Below, piece after piece: positions 15,589 through 30,356 of a stretch of DNA of 64,000 bases (its first letter is position 1; the number at the start of each line of letters is the position of its first letter). Both the position numbers and the translations under genes were made by a program. The DNA lies in contig OZ024740.1 in the NCBI GenBank assembly GCA_964016885.1, forward strand, positions 222,828,001-222,892,000. The letters are read 5' to 3'. This DNA comes from Eledone cirrhosa (lineage: Eukaryota). Under the pieces are notes generated by a model. It was not told the DNA's origin, did not search any database, and was given only the letters and a program-made list of their open reading frames with translations.

Positions 15589-18406
15589 TCAGGGGAACAC
15601 GCCAGTCAGATAGATTATATCCTTACCAGAAGACGTGATAGAGTGTCTGTTGTAAACACTAAATCCCTCCCCCATGAAGAATGCACCTCCCAACATAGAC
15701 TCATAGTCAGCGACCTCATAGTCAGACAAGATGTACTCGACAACAGAGGAGGACTATCCTCAGGAGAAGAAATATGGAAGCTAAAGGATCCCACAGCCAG
15801 TAATAAATTTAAAAGCATGTTACTTGATGCTTTCGACAATAAGGAAGAGCAATTAGAGTCATACAATATAGAGGAACAGTGGGTATTCCTGAAAACTAAC
15901 CTGCTGAAGTCGGCAGACGAAGTCTGTGGTTGGAGCATGCCTAAAGGCAGGAGGAGAGTAACATGGTGGTGGAACAGTAAGGTGGAGGAGTCAATTAAGG
16001 CCAAAAAGCAGGGTTGGAAAGTATGGCGGGATGGGGGAGGTAGAGAAGACTCTCAAGTGGCCAGGAGGGAAGCTAGGAGACAAGTGTATTTCGCAAGAAG
16101 GGAAGCAGAGGAAAGAAAGATCAAGCATGTTCTACAACGTGAGGACCAAAAACGTGAGGTGTTCAGGATTGCTAGGCAATGTGTCAAGGAAAACCGTGAT
16201 ATTGTCGGGGAGAAGTGTGTACTTAATGATGACGGCGTACTTGCCATCACTGACGCTGATAAGAAGGTAGCTTGGAAGTGTCACTACGAAATTCTACTAA
16301 ATGAGGAGAATAAATGGGAGAAAGACAGTCTCCTCCACATCGATCCAATAGAGGGACCAGCAGTGCTAGTTGAAGGTAGTATAATAAGTAAAGCAATCAA
16401 AGATATGAAGACGGCTAAGGCAGCTGGGCCTTCGGAAATAGTTGCTGAAATGCTGAAAGCATCTGGAACGGTGGGACACACTATGGTCACCCGGATAGTA
16501 AACCAAGTCATACAGAATGGGGCCGTTCCGAAGGACTGGTGTAGCAGCATCATCATTAACTGCTACAAGGGTAAAGGAGATGCTCTTGATAGGGGTAACC
16601 ATACAGCCATTAAATTAATCGACCAGGTCATGAAGGTCACAGAAAAAGTAATAGTGCAACTAATCAGAGAACGAATTGATCTAGATGAAATGAAGTTCGG
16701 GTTTGTGTCAGGTAAAAGTACCAAAGACGCTCTTTTCATTGTACGACAACTACAGGAGAAGTACCTAGCTAAAAGTAAATCCCTATACTTAGCTTTTGTT
16801 GACTTGGAGAAAGCCTTTGACAGAGTCCCCCGCTCGATTATCTGGTAGGCGCTTAGAAAACTAGGTGTTGATGAATGGCTTGTGAGAGCTATACAAGCCA
16901 TGTATAAAGAAACAGTCAGCAAGGGTAGAATTAACAACGAATATAGTGAAGAGTTTAGCGTAAAAGTTGGTGTTCATCAGGGCTCCGTTCTTAGCCCCCT
17001 ACTATTTATTATTGCTCTTCAGCCTATAACAGAGGAGTTCAAGACCGGCTGCCCATGGGAACTCCTATATGCAGATGATCTAACGCTCATAGGTGAATCA
17101 ATGGCTGAACTAGAGAAGAAATTCCAAACATGGAAGCATGGCCTAGAATCAAAAGACCTTAAAGTTAACTTGTCTAAGACTAACTTCTACTTTGTAGGAA
17201 GGAAAATAAGGCACCGGTCCTATCTGGGAAATGGCCATGCTCAGTGTGTAGGAAAGGAGTAGGCAGAAACTCCATTTTATGTCCCAAATGCAAAGTATGG
17301 GTGCATAAAATATGTAGTGGGATCACAGGTACGCTAACTAAGAACATAGATTTTATATGTGGCCGGTGCTCTGGTGCAATAAGTAGCTGCAAGTGCCCAC
17401 AGAATACTAGCTCATTCCATTGCACAGATGGTTCTATAGAAATGGTGGACACCTTCCGTTACCTGGGTGACAAAATCAGCAGTGGGGGAGGGTGCTCTGA
17501 AAGTACAGTAGCTAGAGTCAGAACGGGATGGAAAATTTCACAGAGCCTATACCAGTATTGGCCGCTAAAGGGTTCTCTCTAAAAATGAAAGGCAGGCTGT
17601 ATGATGCCTGCATACGAACAGCAATGTTACATGGCAGTGAGACCTGGGCATTGTGTGCAGAGGATATATGCAGACTGGAGAGAAATGAAGCTTGCATGCT
17701 CCGTTGGATGTGTAATAGTAATATACGTGAACGGCAAAGCATAAACGAACTAAAGGAGAAATTAGGAATAAGAGGGATCAGATGTTGTTTACTCGAGAGA
17801 AGAAGACGTTGGTATGGTCACGGGATGCGCATGAAAGACGACAGCTGTATAAAAAAGTGCAGGGCGATAAAAATAGACGGTAGCCATGGAGTAGGCAGAC
17901 CCAGAAAAACCTGGGACGACTTGATAAATTCCGACTTCACACACTTACACCTCTCCAAGACAATGTCAGTGGACTGTGATCTTTGGCGCTACACAGTCAT
18001 ACAGAAGACCCGCCTTGCCTAAGTACAAAGCAAAACCTACAGTCAGTAGGCACCTCTAACAAAATACACCCCCGTGTCACTACCCCCACCCCATCCACAC
18101 CACCCCTCTAAATGTGAAGTTATGTTGGTACCACAACATCCAGTCCGAAACAAATGAGGTCGTGTAGGTGTCACGACAAAAAAAAACACAGTCCACGCTG
18201 TAATGTGGCCGTGTAGGTAACACGGTAAAAACCTCTCAGTCCACACTGTAAACGTGGTTGTTGTTAGGAAGGGCATCCAGCCGTAGAAAACCCACCAGAC
18301 AGTCCTATACGAGCATGACAACAAATCTTGCCTCAAGTGGGAAAACTCCCGTCCAAACCCATGCAAGCGTGGAAGATGGACATTAAACGATGATGATGAT
18401 GATGAT
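15583..18406 (+). mobile_element. RTE-clade non-LTR retrotransposon, 5'-truncated, disrupted ORF
   Basis: End of APE domain (SQIDYIL, SQHRLIV); RT motifs (FVDLEKAFDRV, GVHQGSVLSP, LLYADD); Cys-rich insertion; GRPRKTW; 3' UTR ending in (GAT)n; stops and frameshifts. Confidence 0.95.
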
Positions 18407-18431
18407 ATATATATATATATATATATATATT

Positions 18432-18576
18432 GTAATAATAATAAATTTGAAGACTAAAATCCAAAGAGGGATCGATAAGGATAAATATATATCAAATATA
18501 TAAGAACCGTAGAGCAAATATTTATTAAAATAACAGATTAAAGTTTAAACTTTAATCTGTTATTTTAATAAATATA
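18432..18576. mobile_element. Short element ending in a perfect ~58-bp palindrome; copy without the palindrome at 29402-29490
   Basis: atatttattaaaataacagattaaagttt|aaactttaatctgttattttaataaatat between (TA)n tracts. Confidence 0.55.
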
Positions 18577-18617
18577 TATATATATCTGTGTTTCATCACA
18601 TACATATTAATTTAATT

Positions 18618-18649
<32 letters not shown>

Positions 18650-19296
18650 ATATATATATACCGGGTTTATTGGAATTTTCCTTTGCAAATCGGTTCAGCT
18701 TTATTTCAATATATTCTCTATGTATGACTAATTGACAACATAGAGTATATAATATATATTAGCTCAGATTAACATTGACTCTTCATATTGTTACTAAATA
18801 AATATTTGCTAATATCTTCTAACTTATATTTCTACTTCACTCCTAATATATTCACATATTGTTTGGATTACCTAATTGTTCTCCTTTTAATATAATTCTT
18901 GGAATCAGTTTCTAATAAATACAACAGTTTTACACTGCCTATCCTCATACATGAGACTATTGTTATGCAAATGTCATTGTGATATTGCTTGCCTTTTACA
19001 TACTTGCATGAGTGCAGGACTATTTGACATGATTACCAGTTCAATATATATAGAGAGATGCTTTTTATAGTTTGCCACTTGGATAACATTGGTGAATCAT
19101 GATATCCTTTCATAACAGATGTCTGAATATCTGAATTTACTGTTGTGTACTGATCGTTATCATTTACATGGTATACAATATATATAGGTGCATATATAAA
19201 ATCATTAAATCATAATATAGAAGTAATCTTTACTTAAATTTTGGCAGTGAAGTTTAAGAGTATTTTCTTCTGACAGTAGAGATAATATAGTATTTA

Positions 19297-19330
<34 letters not shown>

Positions 19331-19342
19331 ATTATTATTTAA

Positions 19343-19560
19343 GAGGGTGGTGGATTGGCAGTATTGATAGACAACATGTTTTGTGGTATATAGTTATGTC
19401 CTTTCATGTTCTGAGTTCAAATCCCACTATGGTTAGCTTTGCCTTTCATCCTTACGAGGTCAATAAAATAAAGCTCAAATAATACACTGATGTCAATTTA
19501 ATCAACTTTTCCCTCCTCAAAAATTGTTGGCCTTGTGCCTAAATCAAAAATCATTGTTAT
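19343..19560 (+). mobile_element. SINE family B, diverged
   Basis: ggtggattggcag head and ctttgcctttcatcc core. Confidence 0.65.
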
Positions 19561-20687
19561 TATTATTTGCTTCATTAAATCACAAATCCATCAAATCAGA
19601 AGTCTGTTAAACTGAGAGTTTACTGTATATTATAATATTTTATAGAAAACGTATTAAATGCACTTTATTCCACATTTTAAATGTATTACATCTGTGCTTA
19701 ATGCACTCTTAGCTTAACTAAATATGTTCAAACGTTCATCATTTTTACATTTCCAATAGTTTAGTGTATTAAATCCTTGTTTACCATAATTTAAGTGTGA
19801 GGTGTTTCGCAGATGAGTTACTCTTTTAAAAGTTGAGCTTTTAGCAAGTATTTGTTGGCTTGAAAAAGGATGGAAAGCGATTGATGGAAAGGACATGACA
19901 ATAAATGGGGGAAAATATATTTGAAAGCTTAAAGCTATCTACTAAATGCACCTCTTCTGCATGTAGTTGGAACAAGATCATTTTTATGTATATATGGAAA
20001 GCAGCAGTGTAGAAATTTATACAGCATAACAAATAACATTTCAAGCTACATAAATTTGAAGCTTAACAATCTAGTGAATCTGTCATCAAAGGAGTTATCT
20101 TTCTTTGATGTTAGCTTAAATGATGCTATAAATATTCAACTGACAACCAGGCAATTAGCTGTTTTTAACAGGAAAGATTTTTAGTATCCTCTTCAAAAGT
20201 GTGACATATTCTGGGTCAAATGTATGTTAGGTTCCCCTTTTTATCCTTAGCCAAGTTTTATACAATTAATGAAAGAGCATAAATCCATTGAGCTCATGGC
20301 CTTGTCTAACAGAAGTTAACAGAAGTAGACAGTCAAGCGCAGAGTGAGTACATTACTTGTTCAACAGATTAGAAACAGTTTGGCTATTAATAATAGTATT
20401 TAGCTGTCCCAACCTTAAAAACAAATCAGTTCCTATTTGATGTGATTCTATTTTCTGATCAGATTAAAATGATCATTAACTGTTTTTTAAAAAACTTACA
20501 GCAGAGAGTTGCTTTGTATATTTATATTTGAATTTTCTTCTTTATTATTGATTTTATTTGTTTATTATGGGTTTCTCTAAAGTATTTTCCTTCCAATCGA
20601 ATTTCTTTAACCTACATTTACTCACCAAGTTCTGCCTGACACTCAAAGATATTGAAATGCATTAAAATTATAATCTATGACTCCTCT

Positions 20688-20740
<53 letters not shown>

Positions 20741-21608
20741 ACAGCGATATTTCTCAAAGATAAAGACATATTATTGCTGACAAAATATTCTTTTCCTTGC
20801 TAGTGTTTCAAGAATTACGTTCTACCTCTACTTATGTTCTTGTGAGAATGGAGAAATCTTAAATGTTTTTAAATGCATACAGACGGATAGAAAAATTGAA
20901 TATATATATATATATATTCAATTTTACTACCAATTTTTCTATACGTCTATCAATTTTTCTATCCGTCTCTATATATATATATTATACATATATAAATATA
21001 GATGTAATATATATAATTATATTATATACATATGTATATAAATATGCATTATATATATATATTATATTATATACAGTAGATTAATATTACTTTCTTTTAT
21101 TTAATATCAAAAGGGCTTTTAAATCATTTCTTGTTATAATACAATGAAACAAGAGAAATTTTATGAAATTTTTTTCATTGAAAAAAAAAAAAAAGAAAAT
21201 CTATTACTTTGTTTTATTTCATTGGTTGATTTATTCCTTAATATTTTTTTATACTGAAAACAAAACAATATTTCCACTAATTTAGTTTTATATTCACATT
21301 ATCATTAGACTATTGAATTCATTTTAGTCTTTATAAAAACATAAAAGTAACAACAGTAAAAATTATCCTTGGGAATTTTATACTATTGAAATCTTCTCTC
21401 TGCTGCTATTTACTTGACTAATGGGCAAAAACAAAATCTTTTTGTCAAAATGATGAGAATGAAAACCATAGTGATTTATTGAGATGCACAGCAAATAAAT
21501 ATTGAATTGCTTTGGATTTCTTCTTCTGCTTCTTCGCTTTCTCCTTTTTCATCTTTTTCCAATGTTGAATTCAGTTGAGGAAAATATCCAAATTTCTTGA
21601 TCGCAAAG

Positions 21609-21728
<120 letters not shown>

Positions 21729-22667
21729 TTATATATATTTATGTATGTGTGTGTGTGTGTGTATGTGTATTATTATTATTTCAACACAATATTCATAGTG
21801 AAAACTGATTTTAAATTCAATCATAACTTGTTGTTCTATAGTAAACAACGTTGATTATTGTGAATCAAACTAATTTACAGTATCTCTCTCTCTCTCCCTC
21901 CCTATATATATATATATATATATATATTATATGGCAACATTATCTGATGCAATAGATTATTTTCTGAATTTCTACAACAGCATATCCATTTCTAGATATT
22001 GTTTCATATATAACTCACTCTATAGTCTCAGAGAGTAGACAGTATGGTGATATTTTAGGAACATATAATGCATTTGCTAGAGGTCAGACCAAATGATCTG
22101 ATATTGCTGATCATGTAAAACAGAACTATTTGTTCCATAGGTGTGTTGTTGAGGAGAAACTGGCACTGTCACTCTCCCTTGTGTGTTTTGGGTGGATAGA
22201 CACCCAAGCAGGGTGTAAACCAATACCTATCTAGAGATGGAACAGAAGTGGGTGACATTAAAGATTTTGAGTCTGGCAACACTGACCCTCCTGGTTGATT
22301 CTCTCAGATGTACTGGCAGTACATTTAATCTGATACAGCAAAAGCTGCTTGATAAGTGTGAAGACCTCGCGAAATAGCATAAATCAGTCATGGGTGAGAT
22401 TAACATTACCTTATCTAAAACTATCAGTCACTGTACTACCAACTGAGGAGTAACAACACTCCTGCTTTAGTGGAAATGACAGACGTGTCATTCTTCCATA
22501 AAACGGGATTGTGTAAGATTTAACACTCTTGATAATAAGCCATGTAAAAACACCCTAAATTCTATGAAACACATATTTGTTTTAAAAACATTATGCTTCT
22601 CTAAAAACCTTCAACTATAATTTCACATAAGAACATGTTGCATTATGTTCAAAACAGCAAATAGATA

Positions 22668-23062
22668 ATTGTTTTTGATTCAGGCATGAGACCAACACTC
22701 TTAGAGGAGGGAAAATTCAATTAAATCGACCCTAGTACTTTATTTTATCAACACTGTAAGGATGAAAGACAATGCTAACCTAAGTTGAATTTGAACAAAG
22801 TGTTGTCAAATGCTTTACTGTGACTGCCAAACCATTGCTCTACGGCAGATAAATAATGGTTTCTGATTTAGCAACAAGGCCAACATATTTGGAAAAGTCG
22901 ATTAAATTGACCACAGAGTGTTACTTTATTTTATCAACCCTGTTAGGATGTAAGGCAAAACAAACCTCGGTGGAATTTGAACTCAGAATGTAAAAGCACA
23001 TAACCACATGCCAAAAAGCATGTTGTCTGATGTTCTACTGAGACTGCCAATCCATGGCCCTA
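22668..23062 (-). mobile_element. Two diverged SINE family B copies
   Basis: ggatgaaagacaa / ggatgtaaggcaaa cores and gaatttgaac B-box complements. Confidence 0.55.
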
Positions 23063-23394
23063 TAAAGGATAAGTAATGAGAACAAAACAGTTAAAACTTG
23101 AAACTTTGAACATTTATTACTTTCTCAAAAACAGTAAATGAAGTGAGTACAAGATCCAGTTAGTCTTAAAAATATATCAAAGATGTCACTCACAAATTGA
23201 TTAACTTTTGTTATGTGGCATTCATAGTATAAGACAATGCAAGTAACATCAGACAGAGTTTGAGAGTTGACAAGTTGTTAAATAGATAGTCACTTGGTTT
23301 ATATGCCAATTCCTAATACAATCTCTCTCTCTGTCTGATTACTGTTATACGTTCGTTTAATTATGACCGAATTTGCAGGATTGTAATATATTAC

Positions 23395-23582
23395 CGGTGG
23401 ATTGGCAGTATCGGTAGAGGGTCAGACGTCATGCATTGACGCATAGAGTTACGGCCCTTGCCATTCTGAGTTCAAATCCTGCCGAGGATAACTTTGCTTT
23501 CATCTTTACGGATTCAATAAAATAAAGTACCAGTAATGAACTGAGTAATTGCTGGCCTTGTGCCAAAAGTAGAAACAATTAT
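23395..23582 (+). mobile_element. SINE family B
   Basis: Full-length match to the other copies. Confidence 0.75.
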
Positions 23583-23829
23583 ATTACCTTCCCCATACCC
23601 CCCCCCCCCCCCTCCGTCCCCACTCGCCACCAATACTATTTGGTCCAATCATAATTCAGCAGCTTATAATATGTTTCTCTTACCAATCTCTTTCACAAAA
23701 CCACCGCCTCGACTATTACTCCTTAAGTTTAGACCTGGTTGACTTTCGATGTGCTAGATGGACTATAGAATTCTGGAGAGTCTGATAAATCTGGACACTT
23801 AATGACAATGTGAAAGATAATCATAAATT

Positions 23830-26800
23830 CACCTCATGTTGCCGGATGAGAATGCAAGGACTCCTCTTTATTTCAGAGGCGGATGGCTAACATAACCCAT
23901 CTCCCTCACCCCTCCATGCGCCTCCAACCCATCCTTCCCACCCACCAAACGCAATCCAAAATTTCAGAGTTGATACCATGAATGTAGGCACTTTAAAAGG
24001 TTGCTCTAACGAGGTTGTAGAGAAGCTTGAACGTAAGGAAGTTGATGTTTGCTGTGTTCAAGAGACTAGGTGGAGGGGTAGGTCTGCTAGATTCATTGTG
24101 GGTAAAAAACGATGCTATAAACTTTTCTGGGTGGAAATGACAATGGGCTGGGTGGAGTAGGAATTATGTTAGCAGAAACATGGGTAGATAAGGTAATTGA
24201 CGTAACTATAGTGAACGACAGAATAATAAAAATAAGACTTGTCCTAAATAGAACTACTGTGACAATAATATCCGTGTATGCACCCCAATCCAGACTGCCT
24301 GGCCTTATAAAAGACAGATTCTATGAGACGTTAATGCACACTACCTCCCAAATAACCGACAGTGACTACATAATTATTGCTGATGACCTAAATGGTCACG
24401 TAAGAGAACATAGAGATGGCTATGACGGAATCCATGGAGGCTATGGATTTGGTACTAGAAATGAGGAAAGGTTCAGTATCCTGGAATTCTGTGACGCTAA
24501 TAACTTAACTATCTGTAACACTAACTACAAAAAATGAGACAATCACTTGATCACCTATAGATCAGGGGAACACACCAATCAGATAGATTATATCCTTACA
24601 AGAAGACGTGACAGAGTGTCTGTTGTAAACACTAAATCCCTCCCCCATGAAGAATGCACCTCCCAACATAGCCTCATAGTTAGCGACCTCATAGTCAGGA
24701 CGAGACGTACTCGACAACACGGGTGGACTATCCTATGGAGAAGAAAATGGAAGTGAAAGGATCCCACAGCCAGTAACACATTTAAAAATCATATTACTTG
24801 ATGGTTTTGACAGTAAGGAAAAGCAATTGGAGACATACAATATAGAGGAGCAGTGGGAATTCCTGAAAGTTAACCTGCTGAAGGCGACAGATAAAATCTG
24901 TGTCTGTAGCAGACCTATAGGCAGGAGGAGAGTAACGTGGTGGTGGAACAGTAAGGTGGAGGAATCAATCAAGGCCAAAATGCAGGCTTGGAAAGTATGG
25001 TGGGATGGGGGAAGTAAGGAACGCTATCAAGTGGCGAGGAGGGAAGCTAGGAGACAAGTGTACTTTGCAAGAAAGGAAACAGAGGAAAGAAAGTTCAAGC
25101 ATGTTCTACAATGCGAGGACCAAAAACGTGAGGTGTTCAGGATTGCTAGACAACATGTCAAGGAAAACCGTAATATTGTCGGGGAGAAGTGTGTGCTTAA
25201 TGATGATGGTGTACTTGCCAACATTTATACTGATAAGAAGGTAGCTTGGAAGTGTCACTATGTGAGGCTACTAAATGAGGAGAATAAATGGGAAAAAGAT
25301 AGTCTGCCCCAAATCGATCCAATAGAGGGACCAGCAGTGCAAGTTGAAAGTAGTATAATAAGTAAGGCAATCAAAGATTTGAAGACAGGTAAGGCAGCTG
25401 GGTCTTTGGAGATAGTTGCTGAAATGATGAAAGCATCTGGAATGGTGGGAAACACTATGGTCACCCGGATAGTAAACCAAGTGATACCAAATGACTGGCA
25501 TAGCAGCAGCATCATTAACTGCTACAAGGGTAAAGGAGATGCCCTAGATAGGGGAAACTATAGAGACATTAAATTAATTGACCAGGTCATGAAGGTCACA
25601 GAAAAAGTTATAGTGCATCTAATCAGAGAGCGAATTGATCTAGATGAAATGCAGTTTGGGTTTGTGTCAGGTAAAAGTACCACAGACAACTACAGGAGAA
25701 GTACCTAGCTAAAAGTAAACCCCTATACTTAACTTTTGTTGACTTGGAGAAAGCTTTTGACGAAGTTCCCCACTCCATTATCTGGTGGGCCCTTAGAAAA
25801 CTAGGTGCTGATGAATGGCTTGTGAGAGCTATATGAGCCATGTATAAAGAAACAGTCAGCAAGGTTAAAATTAACAATGAATAAAGTGAAGAATTTATTC
25901 ATTATTGCCCATCAGGCTATAAAAGAGGAGTTCAAGACCAGCTTCACACTGGAACTTCTATATGCAGATGATCTAACACTCATAGCTGAATCGATGGCTG
26001 AACTAGAGAAGAAATTCCAAACATGGAAGCATGGCCTAGAATCAAAAGGCCTTAAAGTTAACTTGTCTAAGACTAAAGTTCTAGTATGTAGGAAGGTAAA
26101 TAGGCCATACACAGTGTGTAGGAAAGGAGTAGGCAGAAATTCCATTTTATGTCCCAATTGGGTGCATAAAAGGTGTGGGATCACAGGTAAGCTATCCAAG
26201 AATGTAGATTTTATATGTGGCCGGTGCTCAGGTGCAATAAGTAGCAAGTGCCCACAGGATACCAGCTCCTTCTATTGCCCAGATGGTTCTATAGAAATAG
26301 TGGACACCTTCTGTTACCTGGGTGACAAAATCAGCAGTGGTGGAGGGTTCTCTGAAAGTCCAGTAGCCAGAGTCAGAATGGGATGAAAAAAGTTCAGAGT
26401 GCTTATACCACTATTGGCCACTAAAGGTTTCTCTCTAAAAATGAAAGGCAGACTGTATGATGCCTGCATAAGAACAGTAATCTTACATGGCAATGAGACA
26501 TGGGTATTGTGTGCAGAGGATCTGTGCAGACTTGAGAGGAAGGAAGCATGCATGCTCCGTTGGATGTGTAATAGTAATATACGTGAACGGCAAAGCATAA
26601 ATGAATTAAGTCAGAAATTAGGAATAAGAGGGAACAGATGCTGTTTATTCAAGAGAAATCTATGTTGGTTTGGTCACGCACATGAGAGATGACAGCTGTA
26701 TAAAAATGTGCAGGGCGATCAAAATTGATGGAAGTTATGGAGTAGGCAGACCCAGAAAAACCTGGGATGATTTGATAAATTCTGACCTTACACACTTACA

Positions 26801-27273
26801 CCTCTCTAAGACAATGTCACTGGACTGAGATCTTTGGCACTATGCAGTAATACAGAAGACCCGCCTTGCCTATCTACAAAGCAAAATCTTCAGTCAGTAG
26901 ACATCTCTTAACCAAATATACACCGCCATCCCACTACCCCTCCCCCCTCCACTGCCATCAACACCACCCCTTTCTCTGTAAAGTTATGTTGGTACCACAA
27001 CATCCAGTCCTAAATAAATGAGCTCGTGAAGGTGTCACGACAAAAAAAAACACAGTCCACGCTGTAATGTGGCTGTGTAGGTAACATGGTAAAAACCTCC
27101 CAGTCTACACTGTAAACGTGGTTAGTGTTAGGAAGGGCATCCAGTCGTAGAAAACTTGCCAGACAGTCGTATACAAGTGAGACGACCAATCTTGCCTCAA
27201 GTGGGACAATTCCCGTCTAAACCCATGCTAGCGTAGAAGATAGATGTTAAACGATGATGATGATGATGATGAT
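23830..27273 (+). mobile_element. Near full-length RTE-clade LINE, decayed (5' boundary approximate)
   Basis: Complete APE domain remnants (MNVGTL, CVQETRW, VYAPQ, DLNGHV, QIDYIL); RT (LLYADD); C-terminus and 3' UTR with (GAT)n; many frameshifts. Confidence 0.95.
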
Positions 27274-27796
27274 ATAATATATATATATATATATCGAAAA
27301 ATTAATGTCAAAATGCTTATGATGATTATGTATCATATTTTTCTGGCTTGGAAGAAAGTTAATCTTTTTAAGCGAGGAGTTATAACTGTCACATAAAAAA
27401 ACATTGTTTATTACTCATACTTTATTAAGGCAAACTGTTGCTACAATAAAAGTGAAGCATTGAATAATTTGATTAGATATCAGTTATCACCAGAAGAGGT
27501 GCATGGTACTTGGTTGACTTTCTACATATGTCATGTGTAGAGAGCCAACCATACATACCACCATAATATATCTATCTATCTTTAACTCTCTCTCTCTATA
27601 TATATATATTGTTATATTTTGGGAGGTTCATGCTGCCAATAAAAACACATGCACCTGTTCGTTTTCCCCTCAATTTTATTGGCAGCAGAACCTCCCAAAG
27701 TATAACAATATATGTTTCAACACACGTTCTCAGATAAGAAATCTTGCAAAAAAAAACCAATAAAAAACGAAGTTATATATATTTGCCGCTACGCAT

Positions 27797-28205
27797 TAAT
27801 ACAGAAGACCCGCCTTGCCTAAGTACAAAGCGAAACCTACAGTTAGTAGGCACCTCTTAACCAAAAATATAACCTCATCCCACTACCCTACACCACCCCT
27901 TTCTCTGTAATTTTATGTTGGTATCACGACATCAAGTCCTAAATAAATGAGGTTGTGTAGGTGTCGCAACAAACAAACACACAGTCCATGCTGTAATGTG
28001 GCCATGTAGGTAACACAGTAAAAACCTTCCAGTCCACACTGTAAACGTGGTTGGTGTTAGGAAGGGCATCCAGCCATAGAAAACCTGCCAGACAGTCCTA
28101 TACGAGCAAGACAACCAATCTTGCCTTAAGTGGGACAATTCCCGTCTAAACCCATGCTAGCGTGGAAGATAGACGTTAAACAATGATGATGATGATGATG
28201 ATGAT
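27797..28205 (+). mobile_element. RTE LINE 3' UTR fragment
   Basis: Matches 18000-18406; (GAT)n tail. Confidence 0.9.
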
Positions 28206-29319
28206 ATATATATATATAAACGCCTTTTTTTCCTACTAAGCATTTTTATTTCTTACTTTGAATTAATCTTAGATTTGTTCAGAACTAAAGGAAGCATAGT
28301 GGTTTCTTTTGTTGCAATATCTTTTGACAAAACACAGATGATCATCCAAATTATTTAAAAAGACTGATTCATGAATGTATGCAAATGATTTATTGTTTTG
28401 CTCTAAACAAAATATGATTGATATGCTGTGACTCTATAAAGATTTTCTAAAAGCTGCTACAGGGAAGAACAGCAAGAAATTTTACATTGAAAATGGAAAT
28501 TAAATTCAAAATGATCAAGAGCTCTTCAGCTTCAGAGGGATACAATTGTTTGGGGCAATGACCACTTGACTTTGCACTGTAGCACAAAGGAAAGCAAGTG
28601 AAGCTACACATTTAATTCTACTTATCACTGATTTCTGCAAATTAAATGAAAAATGTCTATGCAAATTTGGATTATTTTGTTGATCCCAAATCAAGATAAC
28701 ACTGAAAATAATTCCTACAGAAAATGAGTGAATCTTTTCTCCATGAACTTTCTTGTTGGATACGGAAAAATAATCCATAGGTGACAGAATACATTATTGA
28801 TTAAAACAAATGAAGAGACAAAAATTCATTTACAATAATTAAGAAAATAATTCAGTAGTGGCAATTTTTAATTTAATATGCTTAGCTTTCAGCAAGTCTT
28901 TTAATTCTAATCTATTTTAAACATTACACTTTGAGTGAGAATTTACATATTATTCGACTGAACACTGTTATGCTGCCAACAGCAACAGCACAATGATTAT
29001 TATTAAAGGGATTTTATTAATTTTTACTACAAGTAATGATTCTTGAAACTTTTTATTTTATGGCCTATTTGGTATATGTCTAGAATTATAAACTTACATA
29101 AGCAAACAACTCTCCCAATTTTATATGCTATTAAATCAATCAATATTTAATTATCTCGTGTAAATGTGATCTGCTCAACCAGACGTATGTTTCCATGTCA
29201 ATGAAACTCTGAATAATGGATGCTTGAATCAACACCATTTCATCTACGAATATTTATATAAACTATGCACAATATATTCAGAAGTCTTTTTATGTTTGTA
29301 CACAAATCATCATCATCAA

Positions 29320-29404
<85 letters not shown>

Positions 29405-29529
29405 ATAATAATAAATTTGAAGACTAAAATCCAAAGAGGGCTCGATAAGGATAAATATATATCAAATATATAAGAACCGTAGAGCAAATATATATATATA
29501 TTAATATATATATATATATATATATATTA

Positions 29530-29621
<92 letters not shown>

Positions 29622-29624
<3 letters not shown>

Positions 29625-29750
29625 TGTTTCTACGTTAGGCACAAGGCCAGCAATTAACCCCAGTGTATTACTGGTACTCTATTTTATCGACCCCGTAAGG
29701 ATGAAAGGCAAAGTTAACTGGGATTTGAACTCAGAATGGCAAGGGCCGTA
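29622..29750 (-). mobile_element. SINE family B, partial
   Basis: Reverse complement of the family 3' half. Confidence 0.7.
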
Positions 29751-29776
29751 TAATAATAATAATAATAATACAACGA

Positions 29777-30016
29777 CGATTTGTTAAGCCTTCATTATGT
29801 TTATTGATTGGTGACGCATGTTTCGCTATTGATCAGCTGAAGGTTCAATCTGTATCGATCTGGCCCAGCTTTGGAATCAAAAGCTTGTTGGACTTCTGCT
29901 GTTGTAAGCAGAAGTCCAACAGAGTTAGGCCTGATAGATACAGATCGAACCTTGAGCTGATCAATAACGAAACATGCGTCACCAATCATTAAACGTAATG
30001 AAGGCTTAACAAATCG
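29777..30016. mobile_element. 240-bp head-to-head fold-back with an HHR 3' half in each arm
   Basis: Inverted arms, each containing cGAAA-CATGCG-TC-accaatc; (AAT)n/(TAT)n flanks; no CTGANGA retained. Confidence 0.65.
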
Positions 30017-30041
30017 CCCGTGTATTATTATATTACACTCT

Positions 30042-30235
30042 CGGTGGTGGATTGGCAGTTTTGGTAGAGGGTCGGATGCCATGCTTTGACACATAGAGTT
30101 ACTGCCTTTGCCATTCTGAGTTCAAATCCCATCGAAGTTAACTTTGCCTTTGATCCTTACGGGGTCGATAAAATAAAGTACCTGTAATGCACTGGGATAA
30201 TTGCAGGCCTTGTGCCAAAAGTAGAAACAATTATT
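30042..30235 (+). mobile_element. SINE family B
   Basis: Full-length match to the other copies. Confidence 0.8.
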
Positions 30236-30356
30236 ATATTACACTCTGTTTAGCTCTACACCTCGCCACGGACTTGAACCTAAGCATCGAGTGCTCACCT
30301 GTGTGAATCTACAGTACCTTCATGTTACACTCCCTGGGTATATATATATATATATT

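Noticed and set aside
20251-20343. Plus-strand exon-like segment with good acceptor and donor
   Set aside because: Stop codons in all three frames.
22443-22497. CTGAGGA...GAAA-tgaca-gacg-tgtca-tt hammerhead look-alike
   Set aside because: Stem III is good, but stems I and II cannot be formed around the core.
23830-23900. Possible HDV-like ribozyme in the RTE 5' region
   Set aside because: I could not build the nested double pseudoknot by eye; a descriptor search is needed.
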